Positions 1-10,502 of a stretch of 64,000 nucleotides of DNA are shown here, piece after piece; within the stretch, counting starts at the first letter, position 1, and each line of letters opens with the position of its first letter. Both the position numbers and the translations under genes were made by a program. This DNA comes from an uncultured Eubacteriales bacterium. Lineage in GTDB: Bacteria; Bacillota; Clostridia; Christensenellales; UBA1242. Location: contig CABUZJ010000003.1 of assembly GCA_902496015.1 (NCBI GenBank), forward strand, positions 82,402 through 146,401. Direction: 5' to 3'. The notes under the pieces are model-generated. The model did no database searches. It saw only the letters and a list, made by a program, of their open reading frames with translations, and had not been told where the DNA came from.

Positions 1-233
1 ATAAAAGGTGCACGAACCAATTTTGCTAATCTTCTTGCAATTTCAGTTTTACCGCAACCAGTTGGACCTTTCATTATAATGTTTTTAGGGGTTATTTCTT
101 CCCTTAACTCTTCACTTAGTTTACTTCTTCTATACCTATTTCTAAGTGCATTAGCAACTGCTCTTTTTGCAACATTTTGCCCAATAATAAATCTGTCTAG
201 TTCACTAACAATTTGTTTTGGAGATAATTCCAT
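1..233 (-). CDS. hslU: ATP-dependent protease ATPase subunit HslU, N-terminal 77 codons only (gene runs off the left edge)
   Basis: Own translation of the minus strand from ATG 233-231 gives [77 protein letters not shown]. This is a canonical HslU N-terminus with Walker A GPTGCGKT. The start overlaps the trmFO stop (TAATG). It is truncated, so it is not in the ORF track. Confidence 0.85.
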   Translation of the reverse strand, partial: MELSPKQIVSELDRFIIGQNVAKRAVANALRNRYRRSKLSEELREEITPKNIIMKGPTGCGKTEIARRLAKLVRAPF

Positions 234-1522
234 TATATTTGCTCCTTATCATAAAATTTTAATGCCCGTTTACTCTTTTGTAATTTTCTTTCTGTTTTAT
301 CTTTAATCTTTTCTTCAATTGCAGGTAATATTCCAAAATTAGCATTCATTGGCTGGAAATTATCATTTTTAGTTGTTAAATAATTAATAATTGCCCCAAC
401 CATTGTTTCAGGTGGGAAAACTAATGTTGGCTTATTATTTAATTTATTTGCTAAACTAATACCTGCCACTAACCCACTCATCGTGCTTTCCATATAACCT
501 TCAACACCCGACAACTGACCTGCTATAAATAAAGTATTATATCCTTTTATTGAAAAATCTTTATTTAAAATTTTTGGTGCGTTTATAAAACTATTCCTAT
601 GCATAACCCCAAATTTAACAAATTCGGCATTCTTTAATGCAGGAATTAAACTAAACACTCGTTTTTGTTCACTAAAGGTCAGGTTAGTTTGAAATCCTAC
701 TAAGTTATACAAACTTCCATTAACATTTTCCTTTCTTAACTGAACAACTGCAAAAGGTCTTTTCCCGTTATCATCTTTTAACCCAACAGGTTTAAGTGGA
801 CCAAACCTTAAACAATCTTCACCTCTTTGTGCCATAATTTCAATAGGCATACAACCTTCAAATATTTCTTGTTTTTCAAATTCATGAAGTTGCACGCGTT
901 GTGCACTATTAAGTTCCTTAATAAACTCGTAATATTCTTCTTTATTTAAAGGACAATTAATGTAATCACTTTCACCTTTATCATATCTAGATGAGTTAAA
1001 TGTTTTAGAATAATCAATACTCGCCCCATCAATTATTGGTGCAGAAGCATCATAAAAATGTAATTGACTTTGACCTAAAAATTCATTTATTTTATTTGCT
1101 AGTTTATCACTTGTTAAAGGTCCAGTGGCAATAATGGTATTTTCTGTATCAAAATCTGTAACTTCTTTATTTACAACATGAACATTGTCTAGCAAATGAG
1201 TAAATTCATCTAATTTTTCGCTAAATTGATTCCTGTCTACTGCAAGAGCACTGCCAGCAGGAACGGCACATAACTTTGCAATTTTTAAAACAATGCTATC
1301 TAATTTTTCAAGTTCGGCCTTTAATAAACCACTTGCAGTTGTAAGGTCAACTGATTTAAAAGAATTAGAACACACAATTTCTCCAAGCGTTTTAAGATGA
1401 TGTGCAGGTGAAAATTTTTTTGGTTTCATTTCATAAAGTGTTACTGCAATTCCTCGCTTAGCCAGTTGCCAAGTTGCTTCACATCCTGCAAGTCCGCCCC
1501 CAATAACTATTGCTTGTTTCAT
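233..1522 (-). CDS. trmFO: Methylenetetrahydrofolate--tRNA-(uracil-5-)-methyltransferase TrmFO (Gid)
   Basis: 429-aa ORF with N-terminal FAD fold [20 protein letters not shown]. Length and the topA-trmFO synteny are typical of Firmicutes. The start overlaps the topA stop (TAATG). Confidence 0.9.
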   Translation of the reverse strand: MKQAIVIGGGLAGCEATWQLAKRGIAVTLYEMKPKKFSPAHHLKTLGEIVCSNSFKSVDLTTASGLLKAELEKLDSIVLKIAKLCAVPAGSALAVDRNQFSEKLDEFTHLLDNVHVVNKEVTDFDTENTIIATGPLTSDKLANKINEFLGQSQLHFYDASAPIIDGASIDYSKTFNSSRYDKGESDYINCPLNKEEYYEFIKELNSAQRVQLHEFEKQEIFEGCMPIEIMAQRGEDCLRFGPLKPVGLKDDNGKRPFAVVQLRKENVNGSLYNLVGFQTNLTFSEQKRVFSLIPALKNAEFVKFGVMHRNSFINAPKILNKDFSIKGYNTLFIAGQLSGVEGYMESTMSGLVAGISLANKLNNKPTLVFPPETMVGAIINYLTTKNDNFQPMNANFGILPAIEEKIKDKTERKLQKSKRALKFYDKEQI

Positions 1523-3654
1523 TAGTCTTTATCTTCATCCTTATTTATTAAATTATCAGCAATATTATCTTGATTTTCATCTTTTTTTATCGGCACTTTT
1601 TTAGAAAAATCACATTTAGGACATTTAATAACCTTACTTGCCGAATAAATTTTCATTGTTAAATCTTCTCCACACTTAGGACATTTTTCCCCAGCAGGTA
1701 AATCCCAAGACTTATAATCACATTCAGGGTAACCTTCACAACCATAAAAGATTTTGCCTGTTTTTGTTTTAAGTTGTTTTATTTGCTTACCGCACTTCGG
1801 GCAAATCCCAACATATTTAACATCATTAAGTGGTTTTGTGTTTTTGCATTTTGGAAAGTTTGGACATGCTAAAAATTTTCCAAATTTACCCGTTTTTATA
1901 ACCATATTTGCCCCACATTTATCACAAATTTCATCACTGGGTTCATCTGGGACATGATCAACATAATTATCAGTTTGTGCTGTTTTCAGTTCTTTCTCAA
2001 AATCAGTGTAAAAATCTCTAATAACATTTTGCCAAACCTTACCACCATATTCAATATCATCTAATTTATTTTCCATATCGGCAGTAAAACCAATATCCAT
2101 AATATTAGGAAAATATCTCATTAATAAATCTACAACCTTTTTACCAAGTTCAGTGGCTTTTAAAGCCTTTCCTTCCTTTTCTATATAATTCCTTGCTAAA
2201 ATAACTGAAACTGTCTGCGAATAAGTTGCTGGCCTTCCAATTCCTTTTTCTTCCATAGTTTTAACTAAACTTGCTTCGGTAAATCTTGCAGGTGGTTTAG
2301 TAAATTTTTGTTCTGGTTTCAAATCATTTAATTTAAAACTATCACCTTTTTCAATATTAGGCAATTTACTTGCAACTTCATCATCAGTTTCCTCAGGCTG
2401 ATTGTTATATAAAATGGTATAGCCATCAAAAATTGGTGCTCTGCCTGTTGTTTTAAATTTATACCCCGCACTATCAATATCAACACTTAAAGAATTATAA
2501 GTTGCATCTGCCATTTGGCTAGCAAGAAAACGGTCATAAATTAACTTATATAATTTATAATAGGCTTTTCCAATCTTATCTTTTAAACTTTCAGGAGTTC
2601 TATCAAGAGTAATTGGCCTTATTGCTTCGTGTGCATCTTGTGCATCTTTTTTATTTTTATAGGTTCTTGGAGATTTTGGCAAATAATTATCGCCATATTT
2701 ACCTTTAATAAACTCCAAAGCCTTTTGCTGTGCATCAGGTGAAATTCTAACAGAGTCTGTTCTAATATAAGTTACCAAAGCAACTTTACCCTCACCTTCC
2801 ACATCAACACCTTCATAAAGTCCTTGGGCAGTAGATGTGGTTTGCTTTAAGGTCATTCCCAGTTTATTTAGTGCTTCTTGTTGCATTGTGCTTGTTGTAA
2901 ATGGAGCAGACGGATGAGATGCAGTTACCGATTTTTTAACGGCAGTGGCAACAAAAGTGCCATTTTTAACGGCATTGGTAATTTTATCCATATCTTCTTT
3001 GGTTTTAATCTTCTTATCTTTTCCATCAACCAAGTAAGCTTTAATTTTATCTTTTTCACCATCTTTTTCAAGGGTTGCTGTAAGCGTCCAATATTCTTCT
3101 GGCTTAAAGTTTTCAATTTCTCTTTCCCTATCAACAACTAACCTTAAAGTAACGCTTTGCACTCTTCCCGCACTTAAATTTCCCTGAATTTTTTTACAAA
3201 GTAAAGGTGAAAGTTTATATCCAACTAACCTATCTAAAACTCTTCTTGCCTGTTGGGCATCAACTAAATTCAAATCTATTGCACGCGGTTCGCTTAAACC
3301 TTTTAATATTGCATTTTTACTTATTTCATTAAACACTATTCTGCATTTATCTGCTTCATCTAGGTTTAATAACTTGCTTATATGCCAGGCTATTGCCTCT
3401 CCTTCACGGTCTGGGTCGGTTGCAAGTAAAACTTCATCAGCTTTTTTAGCTTCATTTATAAGTTTTTCAACCAATTTCTTTTTATCTGGCATAACAACAT
3501 ATTCTGGTTTAAAATTATTATTAATTTCAACCCCCATTCCACGCTCTGGTAAGTCTCTAACATGTCCCATTGTTGGAATAACTTTATATCCTGCGCCAAG
3601 ATATTTAGAAATACTTTCTTTTTTACCAGGTCCTTCTATAAAAACTACCTTCAT
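1522..3654 (-). CDS. topA: DNA topoisomerase I
   Basis: Toprim N-terminus (MKVVFIEGPGKK...ATDPDREGE), topoisomerase IA core, and several C-terminal CxxC...CxxC zinc ribbons. I moved the start to ATG 3654 (AGGAGA about 7 nt upstream) instead of the ORF-track start at 3690. Confidence 0.95.
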   Translation of the reverse strand: MKVVFIEGPGKKESISKYLGAGYKVIPTMGHVRDLPERGMGVEINNNFKPEYVVMPDKKKLVEKLINEAKKADEVLLATDPDREGEAIAWHISKLLNLDEADKCRIVFNEISKNAILKGLSEPRAIDLNLVDAQQARRVLDRLVGYKLSPLLCKKIQGNLSAGRVQSVTLRLVVDREREIENFKPEEYWTLTATLEKDGEKDKIKAYLVDGKDKKIKTKEDMDKITNAVKNGTFVATAVKKSVTASHPSAPFTTSTMQQEALNKLGMTLKQTTSTAQGLYEGVDVEGEGKVALVTYIRTDSVRISPDAQQKALEFIKGKYGDNYLPKSPRTYKNKKDAQDAHEAIRPITLDRTPESLKDKIGKAYYKLYKLIYDRFLASQMADATYNSLSVDIDSAGYKFKTTGRAPIFDGYTILYNNQPEETDDEVASKLPNIEKGDSFKLNDLKPEQKFTKPPARFTEASLVKTMEEKGIGRPATYSQTVSVILARNYIEKEGKALKATELGKKVVDLLMRYFPNIMDIGFTADMENKLDDIEYGGKVWQNVIRDFYTDFEKELKTAQTDNYVDHVPDEPSDEICDKCGANMVIKTGKFGKFLACPNFPKCKNTKPLNDVKYVGICPKCGKQIKQLKTKTGKIFYGCEGYPECDYKSWDLPAGEKCPKCGEDLTMKIYSASKVIKCPKCDFSKKVPIKKDENQDNIADNLINKDEDKD

Positions 3655-3746
3655 AAATTCTCCTATATATTTGTGGCTATTATATTGCAAATTTTAATTT
3701 TGTCAAGTGCAATTTATGCCAACTTATTTAGTGTAACAAATTTAAT

Positions 3747-4850
3747 TTAATTTGGCAAATTGATTTTAGCATAATAATTACCAGGCATCTTTTTTATTAT
3801 TCCTGCAATTTCAAGTGCTGTTAACTCCGAAAGCATAGTTCTTCCGTCTAAACCTGTTTTTTCTTGTAAATCATCTAAACTAATTTCATCATAATCAAGG
3901 CAGTCTAATATCATTCTTTGCGTTAAAGAAAACTGCATAACTTCTTTTTTCGAAGCCACTGAATTAATTGCTATATTTAAAGTTTGTAAAATTTGGTCTG
4001 GACTAGTGCAAAAAGCTTCTGGCATAGAATTAATTAACTGATTACAACCCATACTTGCATAACTATTAATATTACCAGGAATAACAAACAATTCTCTATT
4101 TTGCTCAATCGCATCGCTTGCGGTTTTTCTTGCACCACTTTTATAGCCCGCTTCAACCACTAGCACACCCAAACTTAACCCACTTATTATTCTATTTCTA
4201 TCTAAAAATGAGTTTGGATAAGGTTTAGATAATGGTGGATGCTCGCTAACAAGTGCTCCGCCATAAGCCACAATTTGTTCACTTAGCTGATAATTTTGCG
4301 GTGGGTAAATTCCATCTAATCCACCTGCTAGCACTGCAATGGTTGGCAATTTTAAATCAACACAAGTTTGAGCAACACAAGTATCTATTCCAAAAGCAAG
4401 TCCACTAACAGGCACTAGCCCCGATTGAACTAACTTCTTAGTAAATAAACTAGCCATTTCTTTGCCATAATTAGTGGGTTTTCTTGTTCCAACAATACCA
4501 ATACACTTTGAATTTAAAATCTTAACATTTCCCTTCAAATAAAGAACATAAGGCGGGTCACTTATATTTCTTAATAATTCAGGATATCTCTCACTTTTAA
4601 TTGTTATACATTTTATATTCATTTTATTAAGTGTGTTTTCCATTTGCATTAAGTAATTATCATTTGCGCAGGTTATCATCTTGTTTAATAATGCCGAACC
4701 AACTATACTTTCAAGCAACATCTTATTTGCATTAATTGCTGAAAACAAATTTAACACATTACCACTAATGTTTATAATTGTTTCAATTTTCTTAGCTGAC
4801 AAACCAAAACTATCTATCCAAATTAGCATTTGCTCTTCTTTATTATACAT
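3747..4850 (-). CDS. dprA: DNA processing protein DprA (Smf)
   Basis: 367 aa. DprA Rossmann-like core motifs GIVGTRKPTNYG, GLAFGIDT and NRIISGLS, with a C-terminal winged-helix-like tail. Lies in the comM-dprA-topA context. Confidence 0.9.
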   Translation of the reverse strand: MYNKEEQMLIWIDSFGLSAKKIETIINISGNVLNLFSAINANKMLLESIVGSALLNKMITCANDNYLMQMENTLNKMNIKCITIKSERYPELLRNISDPPYVLYLKGNVKILNSKCIGIVGTRKPTNYGKEMASLFTKKLVQSGLVPVSGLAFGIDTCVAQTCVDLKLPTIAVLAGGLDGIYPPQNYQLSEQIVAYGGALVSEHPPLSKPYPNSFLDRNRIISGLSLGVLVVEAGYKSGARKTASDAIEQNRELFVIPGNINSYASMGCNQLINSMPEAFCTSPDQILQTLNIAINSVASKKEVMQFSLTQRMILDCLDYDEISLDDLQEKTGLDGRTMLSELTALEIAGIIKKMPGNYYAKINLPN

Positions 4851-4908
4851 AACACCTTTAAACTCCTGAAATCTAAATTATTATGCCAAGCATAACACCT
4901 CGGTAAAA

Positions 4909-6432
4909 CTATAATTGAATTTTTTCAATATTTCTAAACCCTATTGCTTCTGTTATATGATTTAGTTCAATATTTGTTGACCCTTCAAGGTCAGCAATTG
5001 TTCTTGCCACTTTTAAAATTCGGTTATATCCCCTAGCAGACATATGAAATTTTTCAAAAGCAGATTGTAAAATAAACTCACTTTCTTTATTTATTGCACA
5101 ATATTTTTTAATTAACTTTGAGCTCATTTTTGCATTACAATAAATTCCATCATTTTCAAATCTTTTAAGTTGTATTTGCCTTGCTTTATCAACTCGTTTT
5201 TTTATTTCTTCACTGCTTTCTTCTCGGCTTTCCTGTGTTAAATCATAAAATTTTACTCTATCAACATCTATCTTTAAGTCAATTCTATCTAAAAGAGGTC
5301 CCGATAGTTTTGATAAATACTTATGAATAGCAGTAGGTGAACAAGAACACTGCAAATCTCTCGATCCATAATTCCCACAAGGGCAAGGGTTCATGCTTGC
5401 AACTAGAATAAAATTTGCAGGATAAGTTATAGTCTTACTTGCACGAGAAATAGTTATAACACCATCTTCAAGTGGTTGTCTTAATGTTTCAAGTGTTTGT
5501 CTGCTATATTCTGGCATTTCATCTAAAAACAACACACCATTATGCGCTAAACTTATTTCTCCAGGTTTTGCTTTACTTCCACCCCCAGTTAGTGCCACCG
5601 TTGTAGCTGTGTGATGGGGGGACCTGAATGGTCTGGTGGTTACAATGCCTTTCTTCAAATCAAGAACTCCAGCAACACTATGAATTTTCGTTATTTCTAA
5701 TGCTTCTTCAAAAGTTAAATTTGGCAGTATTGATGGAACACATTTTGCAAGCATTGTTTTCCCACTTCCTGGTGGCCCCACCATTAAAATATTATGCCCA
5801 CCAGCAACTGCTATTTCCATTGCTCTTTTTGCCGCGAGTTGACCTTTCACCCTGCTAAAATCTTCCACAGAGTTATCGGGTTCATAATGCCATTTAAGTT
5901 TTTCAACTGGAAAAAACTGCATCTCATTATTTAAAAACATGACAAGGTTTGAAAAATTATCGAATGCATAAACATCAATACCCTCTATATAACTTGCTTC
6001 TTTTGCATTCAAAAGTGGAACAATAAACTTGTTATAACCCATGAGCTTTGCACTAATTAAAATAGGTAAAACACCTGTTACAGCTCTAATTTTACCATCT
6101 AAACTAAGTTCTCCAATAATAATAAAATCTTCATATTTTTTTGTATTTATTTGCTCACTTGCCACCATAATTGCTATGGCTATTGCTAAATCAAAAGCGG
6201 AACCCTCTTTTTTTGTACTTGCTGGTGCAAGATTAATTATGATTTTTTTATAAGGGAAAAAATACCCACTATTTTTAATTGCAGACTGAACCCTGTCAAT
6301 GCTTTCGCTAACTGTTTTATCAGGAAGACCAACAATATCACATTTTGGCATTCCACCGCTTATATCGCTCTCAACATCAACTAAATAACCATCTAATCCA
6401 TTAAGACCAAAACTTTTTATTATACCAATCAT
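4909..6432 (-). CDS. comM: YifB/ComM family Mg-chelatase-like AAA+ ATPase
   Basis: 507 aa. N-terminal Lon-protease-like domain, Walker A GPPGSGKTM, Walker B LFLDEM, and a C-terminal Mg-chelatase subunit ChlI-like domain. Confidence 0.9.
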   Translation of the reverse strand: MIGIIKSFGLNGLDGYLVDVESDISGGMPKCDIVGLPDKTVSESIDRVQSAIKNSGYFFPYKKIIINLAPASTKKEGSAFDLAIAIAIMVASEQINTKKYEDFIIIGELSLDGKIRAVTGVLPILISAKLMGYNKFIVPLLNAKEASYIEGIDVYAFDNFSNLVMFLNNEMQFFPVEKLKWHYEPDNSVEDFSRVKGQLAAKRAMEIAVAGGHNILMVGPPGSGKTMLAKCVPSILPNLTFEEALEITKIHSVAGVLDLKKGIVTTRPFRSPHHTATTVALTGGGSKAKPGEISLAHNGVLFLDEMPEYSRQTLETLRQPLEDGVITISRASKTITYPANFILVASMNPCPCGNYGSRDLQCSCSPTAIHKYLSKLSGPLLDRIDLKIDVDRVKFYDLTQESREESSEEIKKRVDKARQIQLKRFENDGIYCNAKMSSKLIKKYCAINKESEFILQSAFEKFHMSARGYNRILKVARTIADLEGSTNIELNHITEAIGFRNIEKIQL

Positions 6433-6490
6433 AATTAGTTTTTTCCTTTCTACACTATTGGTATATTATCATATTGTTAATTGTTTTTTC

Positions 6491-6521
6491 AAACAAAAAA
6501 GCAATATTTATTATATTGCTT
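6491..6521 (-). terminator. Rho-independent terminator downstream of the acyltransferase gene
   Basis: Stem AAGCAATAT (6499-6507) pairs with ATATTGCTT (6513-6521). On the minus strand it is followed by TTTTTTGTTTG. Confidence 0.6.
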
Positions 6522-6565
6522 AAAAATAAATAGATTAAATTTAATTAATACTCATTTATAAAATC

Positions 6566-7306
6566 TTATTGATTAAATAATAATACGGGTGAAATTGTTT
6601 TATTATTAATAAATTCACAGTACATTTGATTAGCTCTTTCCTTAAATTTATTAGCAATTTCATTTTCGTTCAAGCCACTATTTTTTATATCTAAATAATA
6701 ATAAGGTTTATCAATAAGAATAGTGTTTTCCTTTTTATAATAATACATATTAATTATAGGTAAATTTAATTTAAGTCTTAAATATGCAAATTTTGCAAGT
6801 TTTAAAAAGCCAGAAAAATAATGTTTTAAAATATCATGATAACCATCATGCGAGTCTTCTGGGAAAATAACTATACTCTTCCCGTTTTTAAGTAAGTCTA
6901 AACTTTTATCAATAGTAGATTTCATTCTTGCGTCAGGATAAGTTGGAATAATTTGCATTCCCCTATACATTGCATGCATTATAGGGGTCGCAATCACAGC
7001 GATTAACTTAGATACAATTTTATTAATTTTCTTCTTTTGATAAAAATAAATTTTAGATAAATAATTGTATAAAGACTTATAATTGCCACACATTTCATAT
7101 GTTCCCCAGAAATGAAAAGGACGGGGCAAATAAAGTTCGTGGGTTAATGGAGCCATTGCTCCAACATGATTGGATAGAAAAATGGCCTGTTCTGGTAAAT
7201 CGTCAATTAAAGAAACAACTTTTGGTTTTCTTTTAAAAACTTTAAACACGCCTTTAACACAAGTAAAAAATGGTCTTCTTTTATTCTTTAATTTTTTATT
7301 TTTCAT
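6566..7306 (-). CDS. Putative lysophospholipid (PlsC-like) acyltransferase, divergent
   Basis: 246 aa. SNHVGAMAP (an NHxxxx motif lacking the usual Asp) and IVIFPEDSHDGY (FPE block) resemble motifs I and III of the PlsC-type acyltransferase family. Assignment is by motif only. Confidence 0.45.
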   Translation of the reverse strand: MKNKKLKNKRRPFFTCVKGVFKVFKRKPKVVSLIDDLPEQAIFLSNHVGAMAPLTHELYLPRPFHFWGTYEMCGNYKSLYNYLSKIYFYQKKKINKIVSKLIAVIATPIMHAMYRGMQIIPTYPDARMKSTIDKSLDLLKNGKSIVIFPEDSHDGYHDILKHYFSGFLKLAKFAYLRLKLNLPIINMYYYKKENTILIDKPYYYLDIKNSGLNENEIANKFKERANQMYCEFINNKTISPVLLFNQ

Positions 7307-7321
7307 AATCTCTCTTTTTCT

Positions 7322-7361
7322 AAATAAAAGAACGAAATAAATTGATTGTCCATTTCGTTCT
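7322..7361 (-). terminator. Rho-independent terminator downstream of yloV
   Basis: Stem AGAACGAAAT (7329-7338) pairs with ATTTCGTTCT (7352-7361). On the minus strand it is followed by a T-rich tract (TTTATTTAG). Confidence 0.6.
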
Positions 7362-7369
7362 TTTGCAAA

Positions 7370-9007
7370 TTATTCTACAGAAATTAAATAATAATATAAT
7401 GGCTGTCCACCATAATGGCAATCAACTTCAAGGTCTGGATATTTTTCTGCTAATTTTTCAGTTAGTGCTTGTGCTTCTGCTTCTTGCACTTCTTTACCAA
7501 AGAATAATGTTAAAGTCATGCTGTCGTCTTTCACTAATTTCTCAACGGTCTTTTCACAAACTTCATTAATATCTTTACCTTGTGCTACAATTGCTTTTTC
7601 TCCCAAACCAATAATGTCACCTTCTTTAAGTTTAAAGCCATCAATATTAGTAGATTTAACTGCAAATGTTACTGAACCTGTTGAAACTCCACCAATAGCA
7701 GATAAAATATTTGCCTTATTCTCTTCCACATTAATTTCAGTATTAACATTAATTGCAGCGGTAATACCCTGCGGAACAGAAGTTGTTGGTATTACAACAA
7801 TATTTCGTTTAGATAAATCATTTGCAAGCTCTGCTGCTGGAATAATGTTTTTATTATTAGGAAATACAAACACCGTTTCTGCAGGAACTTGGTCACATGC
7901 TTTTGCAATGTCTTCGGCACTTGGATTCATTGTTTGTCCACCTTCAATAACATGGTCAACATTCAAATCTTTAAACAAGGCAACCATTCCTTCACCAACA
8001 CAAATAGCAACTGTTCCAATAGGCTTTAATTCTTCTGGTTGGCTTTGAATTTTTAATGCTCTATTTTGTTCTAGCATGTTTTCAATCTTAACACCATTAA
8101 TTTCCCCAAGTTTTAGTGCATTTGTAAGAGCAACGCCTGGTTCATTAGTGTGAACATGCACTTTAATTAAATTAAGGTCACCAATACATATAACACTATC
8201 ACCTATGCTCATTAACTTTTCACGAAGTTTATCTATGTCTGCCTCAGTTGTTTTTTTGTTAATATTTATAACAAAAAACTCTGTGCAATAAGCAAATTCA
8301 ATGTCTGCTAAGTCATTATAATCAACAACGGCATTTTGCATTGGGTCGGCAGTAATAGTGTCTTCCGCAAAGTCCATTGCAAGTTCACTTTCATCACCAA
8401 GAAGCACTTTTAAAAAGCCATTTAAAATAACTAACAGACCCCTACCACCAGCATCAACTACACCTGCTTTCTTTAAAACAGGCAAAAGGTCAGGGGTCAT
8501 TTTCAAAACTTCTTCCCCCACATCTATTGTTTGCTTTAAAAAGTCTGCCATTTCATCAACCTTTTTAGCAATCTTAATAGATTCATCTGCCATCATTCTA
8601 ATAACAGTTAAAATTGTTCCTTCTTTAGGAATGGTAACTGCTTTATATGCAACATTTGCACCTTCTTTAAGGGCTTTTGCAAAAAGTTTAGTGTTGATTG
8701 TTTTTTCTTCAACTATAACACTTGAAAAACCTTTTAATATTTGAGACAAAATAACCCCTGAATTTCCTCTTGCACCTTTAAGTGCACCCTTGCTTACGGC
8801 ATCACCTATTGCATCAAGGTTATTGTTTGTTACCATATTCACTTCTCTAATTGCAGATCGCATTGTAAGCGACATATTTGTACCTGTATCTCCATCTGGA
8901 ACAGGATAAACATTTAGTGAATCAACATATTCTTTATTATTTTCCAAATAATTAGCGCCACTAATAATCATTTTTCTAAACAGCGCGCCAGTCACAGTTT
9001 TACTCAT
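7370..9007 (-). CDS. yloV: DAK2 domain fusion protein YloV
   Basis: 545 aa. N-terminal DhaL/DAK2 motif PDGDTGTNM and a C-terminal DegV-like half. The asp23(yloU)-yloV pairing next to rpmB matches Bacillus. Confidence 0.9.
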   Translation of the reverse strand: MSKTVTGALFRKMIISGANYLENNKEYVDSLNVYPVPDGDTGTNMSLTMRSAIREVNMVTNNNLDAIGDAVSKGALKGARGNSGVILSQILKGFSSVIVEEKTINTKLFAKALKEGANVAYKAVTIPKEGTILTVIRMMADESIKIAKKVDEMADFLKQTIDVGEEVLKMTPDLLPVLKKAGVVDAGGRGLLVILNGFLKVLLGDESELAMDFAEDTITADPMQNAVVDYNDLADIEFAYCTEFFVININKKTTEADIDKLREKLMSIGDSVICIGDLNLIKVHVHTNEPGVALTNALKLGEINGVKIENMLEQNRALKIQSQPEELKPIGTVAICVGEGMVALFKDLNVDHVIEGGQTMNPSAEDIAKACDQVPAETVFVFPNNKNIIPAAELANDLSKRNIVVIPTTSVPQGITAAINVNTEINVEENKANILSAIGGVSTGSVTFAVKSTNIDGFKLKEGDIIGLGEKAIVAQGKDINEVCEKTVEKLVKDDSMTLTLFFGKEVQEAEAQALTEKLAEKYPDLEVDCHYGGQPLYYYLISVE

Positions 9008-9081
9008 TTTTTAACTTCTCTCCTAGTGATAAAACAATTACGCATAACAAAATGGCAGAATTTATTCTACCTGTTATTATG

Positions 9082-9438
9082 CTAAACTTTCACTCCAACA
9101 ACATTAATATTTATAGAATCAACAATCATGCCCGTGAATTGTTCAACATTATATTTAACTGAACGCCTAACTGACTCAGCAACTGCATTAATGCTAACGC
9201 CATATTTAAGTATAATGTCTAAATCAATATGAATACGGTCACCAATTGTCAAAATTTTTATTCCACGACTTTTAGCTAATTTTTTACCTTTAAAAATTTC
9301 ACGAAGCGTATCACCAAATTTTCCTGCAACAAGGTCAACAACCCCATAGCAATCAAGTGCGGTGTGCCCCACAACTAATGCAATTGACTCATCAGTAACG
9401 GAAATTTTTCCATAAGAATTTATGGTATTAACCGACAT
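9082..9438 (-). CDS. yloU: Asp23/Gls24 family alkaline-shock protein (YloU)
   Basis: Asp23 family pattern (GKISVTDESIALVVGHTALDCYGVV...NINVVGVKV). Start set at ATG 9438 (GGAGAG RBS). The ORF-track extension to 9531 has no RBS and is hydrophobic junk. Confidence 0.85.
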   Translation of the reverse strand: MSVNTINSYGKISVTDESIALVVGHTALDCYGVVDLVAGKFGDTLREIFKGKKLAKSRGIKILTIGDRIHIDLDIILKYGVSINAVAESVRRSVKYNVEQFTGMIVDSININVVGVKV

Positions 9439-9601
9439 TTTGCTCTCCTTATCAAATATTAAGCACATAAAACTAAGGACAATCGCCCAAGTTTCAATAT
9501 TTATATTACTACATCTTAATAATTTTAGCAAGGTTTTTTAATAAGTTTGCACAATTTGATAAAAAATAAATCTATAAAAAAGTGATTTTTTTAAAAAAAG
9601 G

Positions 9602-9630
9602 TTGCATTTTGTATTTTGTTATGATATTAT
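9602..9630 (+). promoter_or_regulatory. Sigma-A-type promoter of rpmB
   Basis: TTGCAT (9602-9607), 17-nt spacer, TATTAT (9625-9630), with a TG at the extended -10 position. Confidence 0.5.
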
Positions 9631-9664
9631 CATATAAGTTATTTTGAAATGTGGAGGTAAAACC

Positions 9665-9850
9665 ATGAGTAGAGTTTGTAGCGTATGCGGAAAAGGTAAA
9701 ATGACTGGCAACACTGTTAGCCATTCAAATATTAAAACAAAGCGTGTTTCAGTTCCAAACCTTCATAAAGTTGAAATTGAAGAAGACGGAAAAGTTACTC
9801 GTGCTTATTTATGCACTAAATGCATGAAAGGCTCTAAAAAAGATAAATAA
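9665..9850 (+). CDS. rpmB: 50S ribosomal protein L28
   Basis: [27 protein letters not shown]... is the canonical L28 N-terminus. GGAGG RBS 7 nt upstream of ATG 9665. The ORF-track start at 9644 is upstream of the RBS. Confidence 0.93.
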   Translation: MSRVCSVCGKGKMTGNTVSHSNIKTKRVSVPNLHKVEIEEDGKVTRAYLCTKCMKGSKKDK

Positions 9851-9854
9851 TTTA

Positions 9855-9893
9855 AAACCACCCCTATCTATTAAATGTGGGTGGTTTTTTTAA
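9855..9893 (+). terminator. Rho-independent terminator of rpmB
   Basis: AAACCACCC (9855-9863) pairs with GGGTGGTTT (9879-9887), followed by a T-run. Confidence 0.75.
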
Positions 9894-9922
9894 AAATTTT
9901 TTAACAATTTTAAACTCCCCTA

Positions 9923-9951
9923 TTGACTTGACTACATATGCATGATATTAT
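9923..9951 (+). promoter_or_regulatory. Sigma-A-type promoter of the 157-aa hypothetical gene
   Basis: TTGACT (9923-9928), 17-nt spacer, TATTAT (9946-9951), with a TG extended -10. Confidence 0.55.
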
Positions 9952-9969
9952 GAAAAAAAAGGAGTTTTT

Positions 9970-10443
9970 ATGAAACACACAGTTACAGCATATGATATTG
10001 AACAAATGACAAAAGAAGAACTAAATGATTTTAAAGCGAGAAAAAAATTAAGAAGAGATTTTAGAGATGAAACTGAAAAGAATTTTCATCGTAAAATGAA
10101 TCATGCCTTAAAAAAATTCTTATTCGATATTTATAAAGATTTAGTTAATGAAAATTATGAATTGTTATATGAATTTGATTTCTACACTCCAGGTTCAGAT
10201 ACAATCATAAGCATTGCCGAAAGTGAACCAGCACAAACTATTATTGATAACTATTTTACCTTTGCAATTAATTACACTCAAAAGGCAAAAAACAGAAGAG
10301 ATTTTATTGATTTAAATACAACATATGAATATTATCAAGATTGTCTTACTAAATGCAAAAAAATATTCTTTGAAGAAGCTAATAATAAGGAAGCATTGTT
10401 AAATCAAGCAAGTGTTCTTGAAGAAGACGAACCACTTTTTTAA
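9970..10443 (+). CDS. Hypothetical protein, 157 aa (charged, predicted helical, no recognisable motif)
   Basis: Clean ORF with AGGAG RBS, its own promoter and terminator. I recognise no family. Confidence 0.6.
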   Translation: MKHTVTAYDIEQMTKEELNDFKARKKLRRDFRDETEKNFHRKMNHALKKFLFDIYKDLVNENYELLYEFDFYTPGSDTIISIAESEPAQTIIDNYFTFAINYTQKAKNRRDFIDLNTTYEYYQDCLTKCKKIFFEEANNKEALLNQASVLEEDEPLF

Positions 10444-10467
10444 ATTAAAAGAAATGAATAAATAAAC

Positions 10468-10492
10468 AAAAATGGGTAATACCCATTTTTTA
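10468..10492. terminator. Bidirectional terminator between the 157-aa gene and spoVM
   Basis: AATGGGT (10471-10477) pairs with ACCCATT (10481-10487), flanked by an A-run and a T-run. Confidence 0.65.
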
Positions 10493-10502
10493 TTAAAATT
10501 TA

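Noticed and set aside
7518-8744. Long antisense ORFs inside yloV (7518-8048, 8358-8744). Similar ones lie inside ftsZ (47739-48143), murA (50492-50872), spoIVA, der, pcrA and elsewhere.
   Set aside because: They are antisense to genes with unmistakable family motifs. They have low-complexity S/P/A/T/L-rich composition typical of the reverse frame of coding DNA, with no RBS or promoter.
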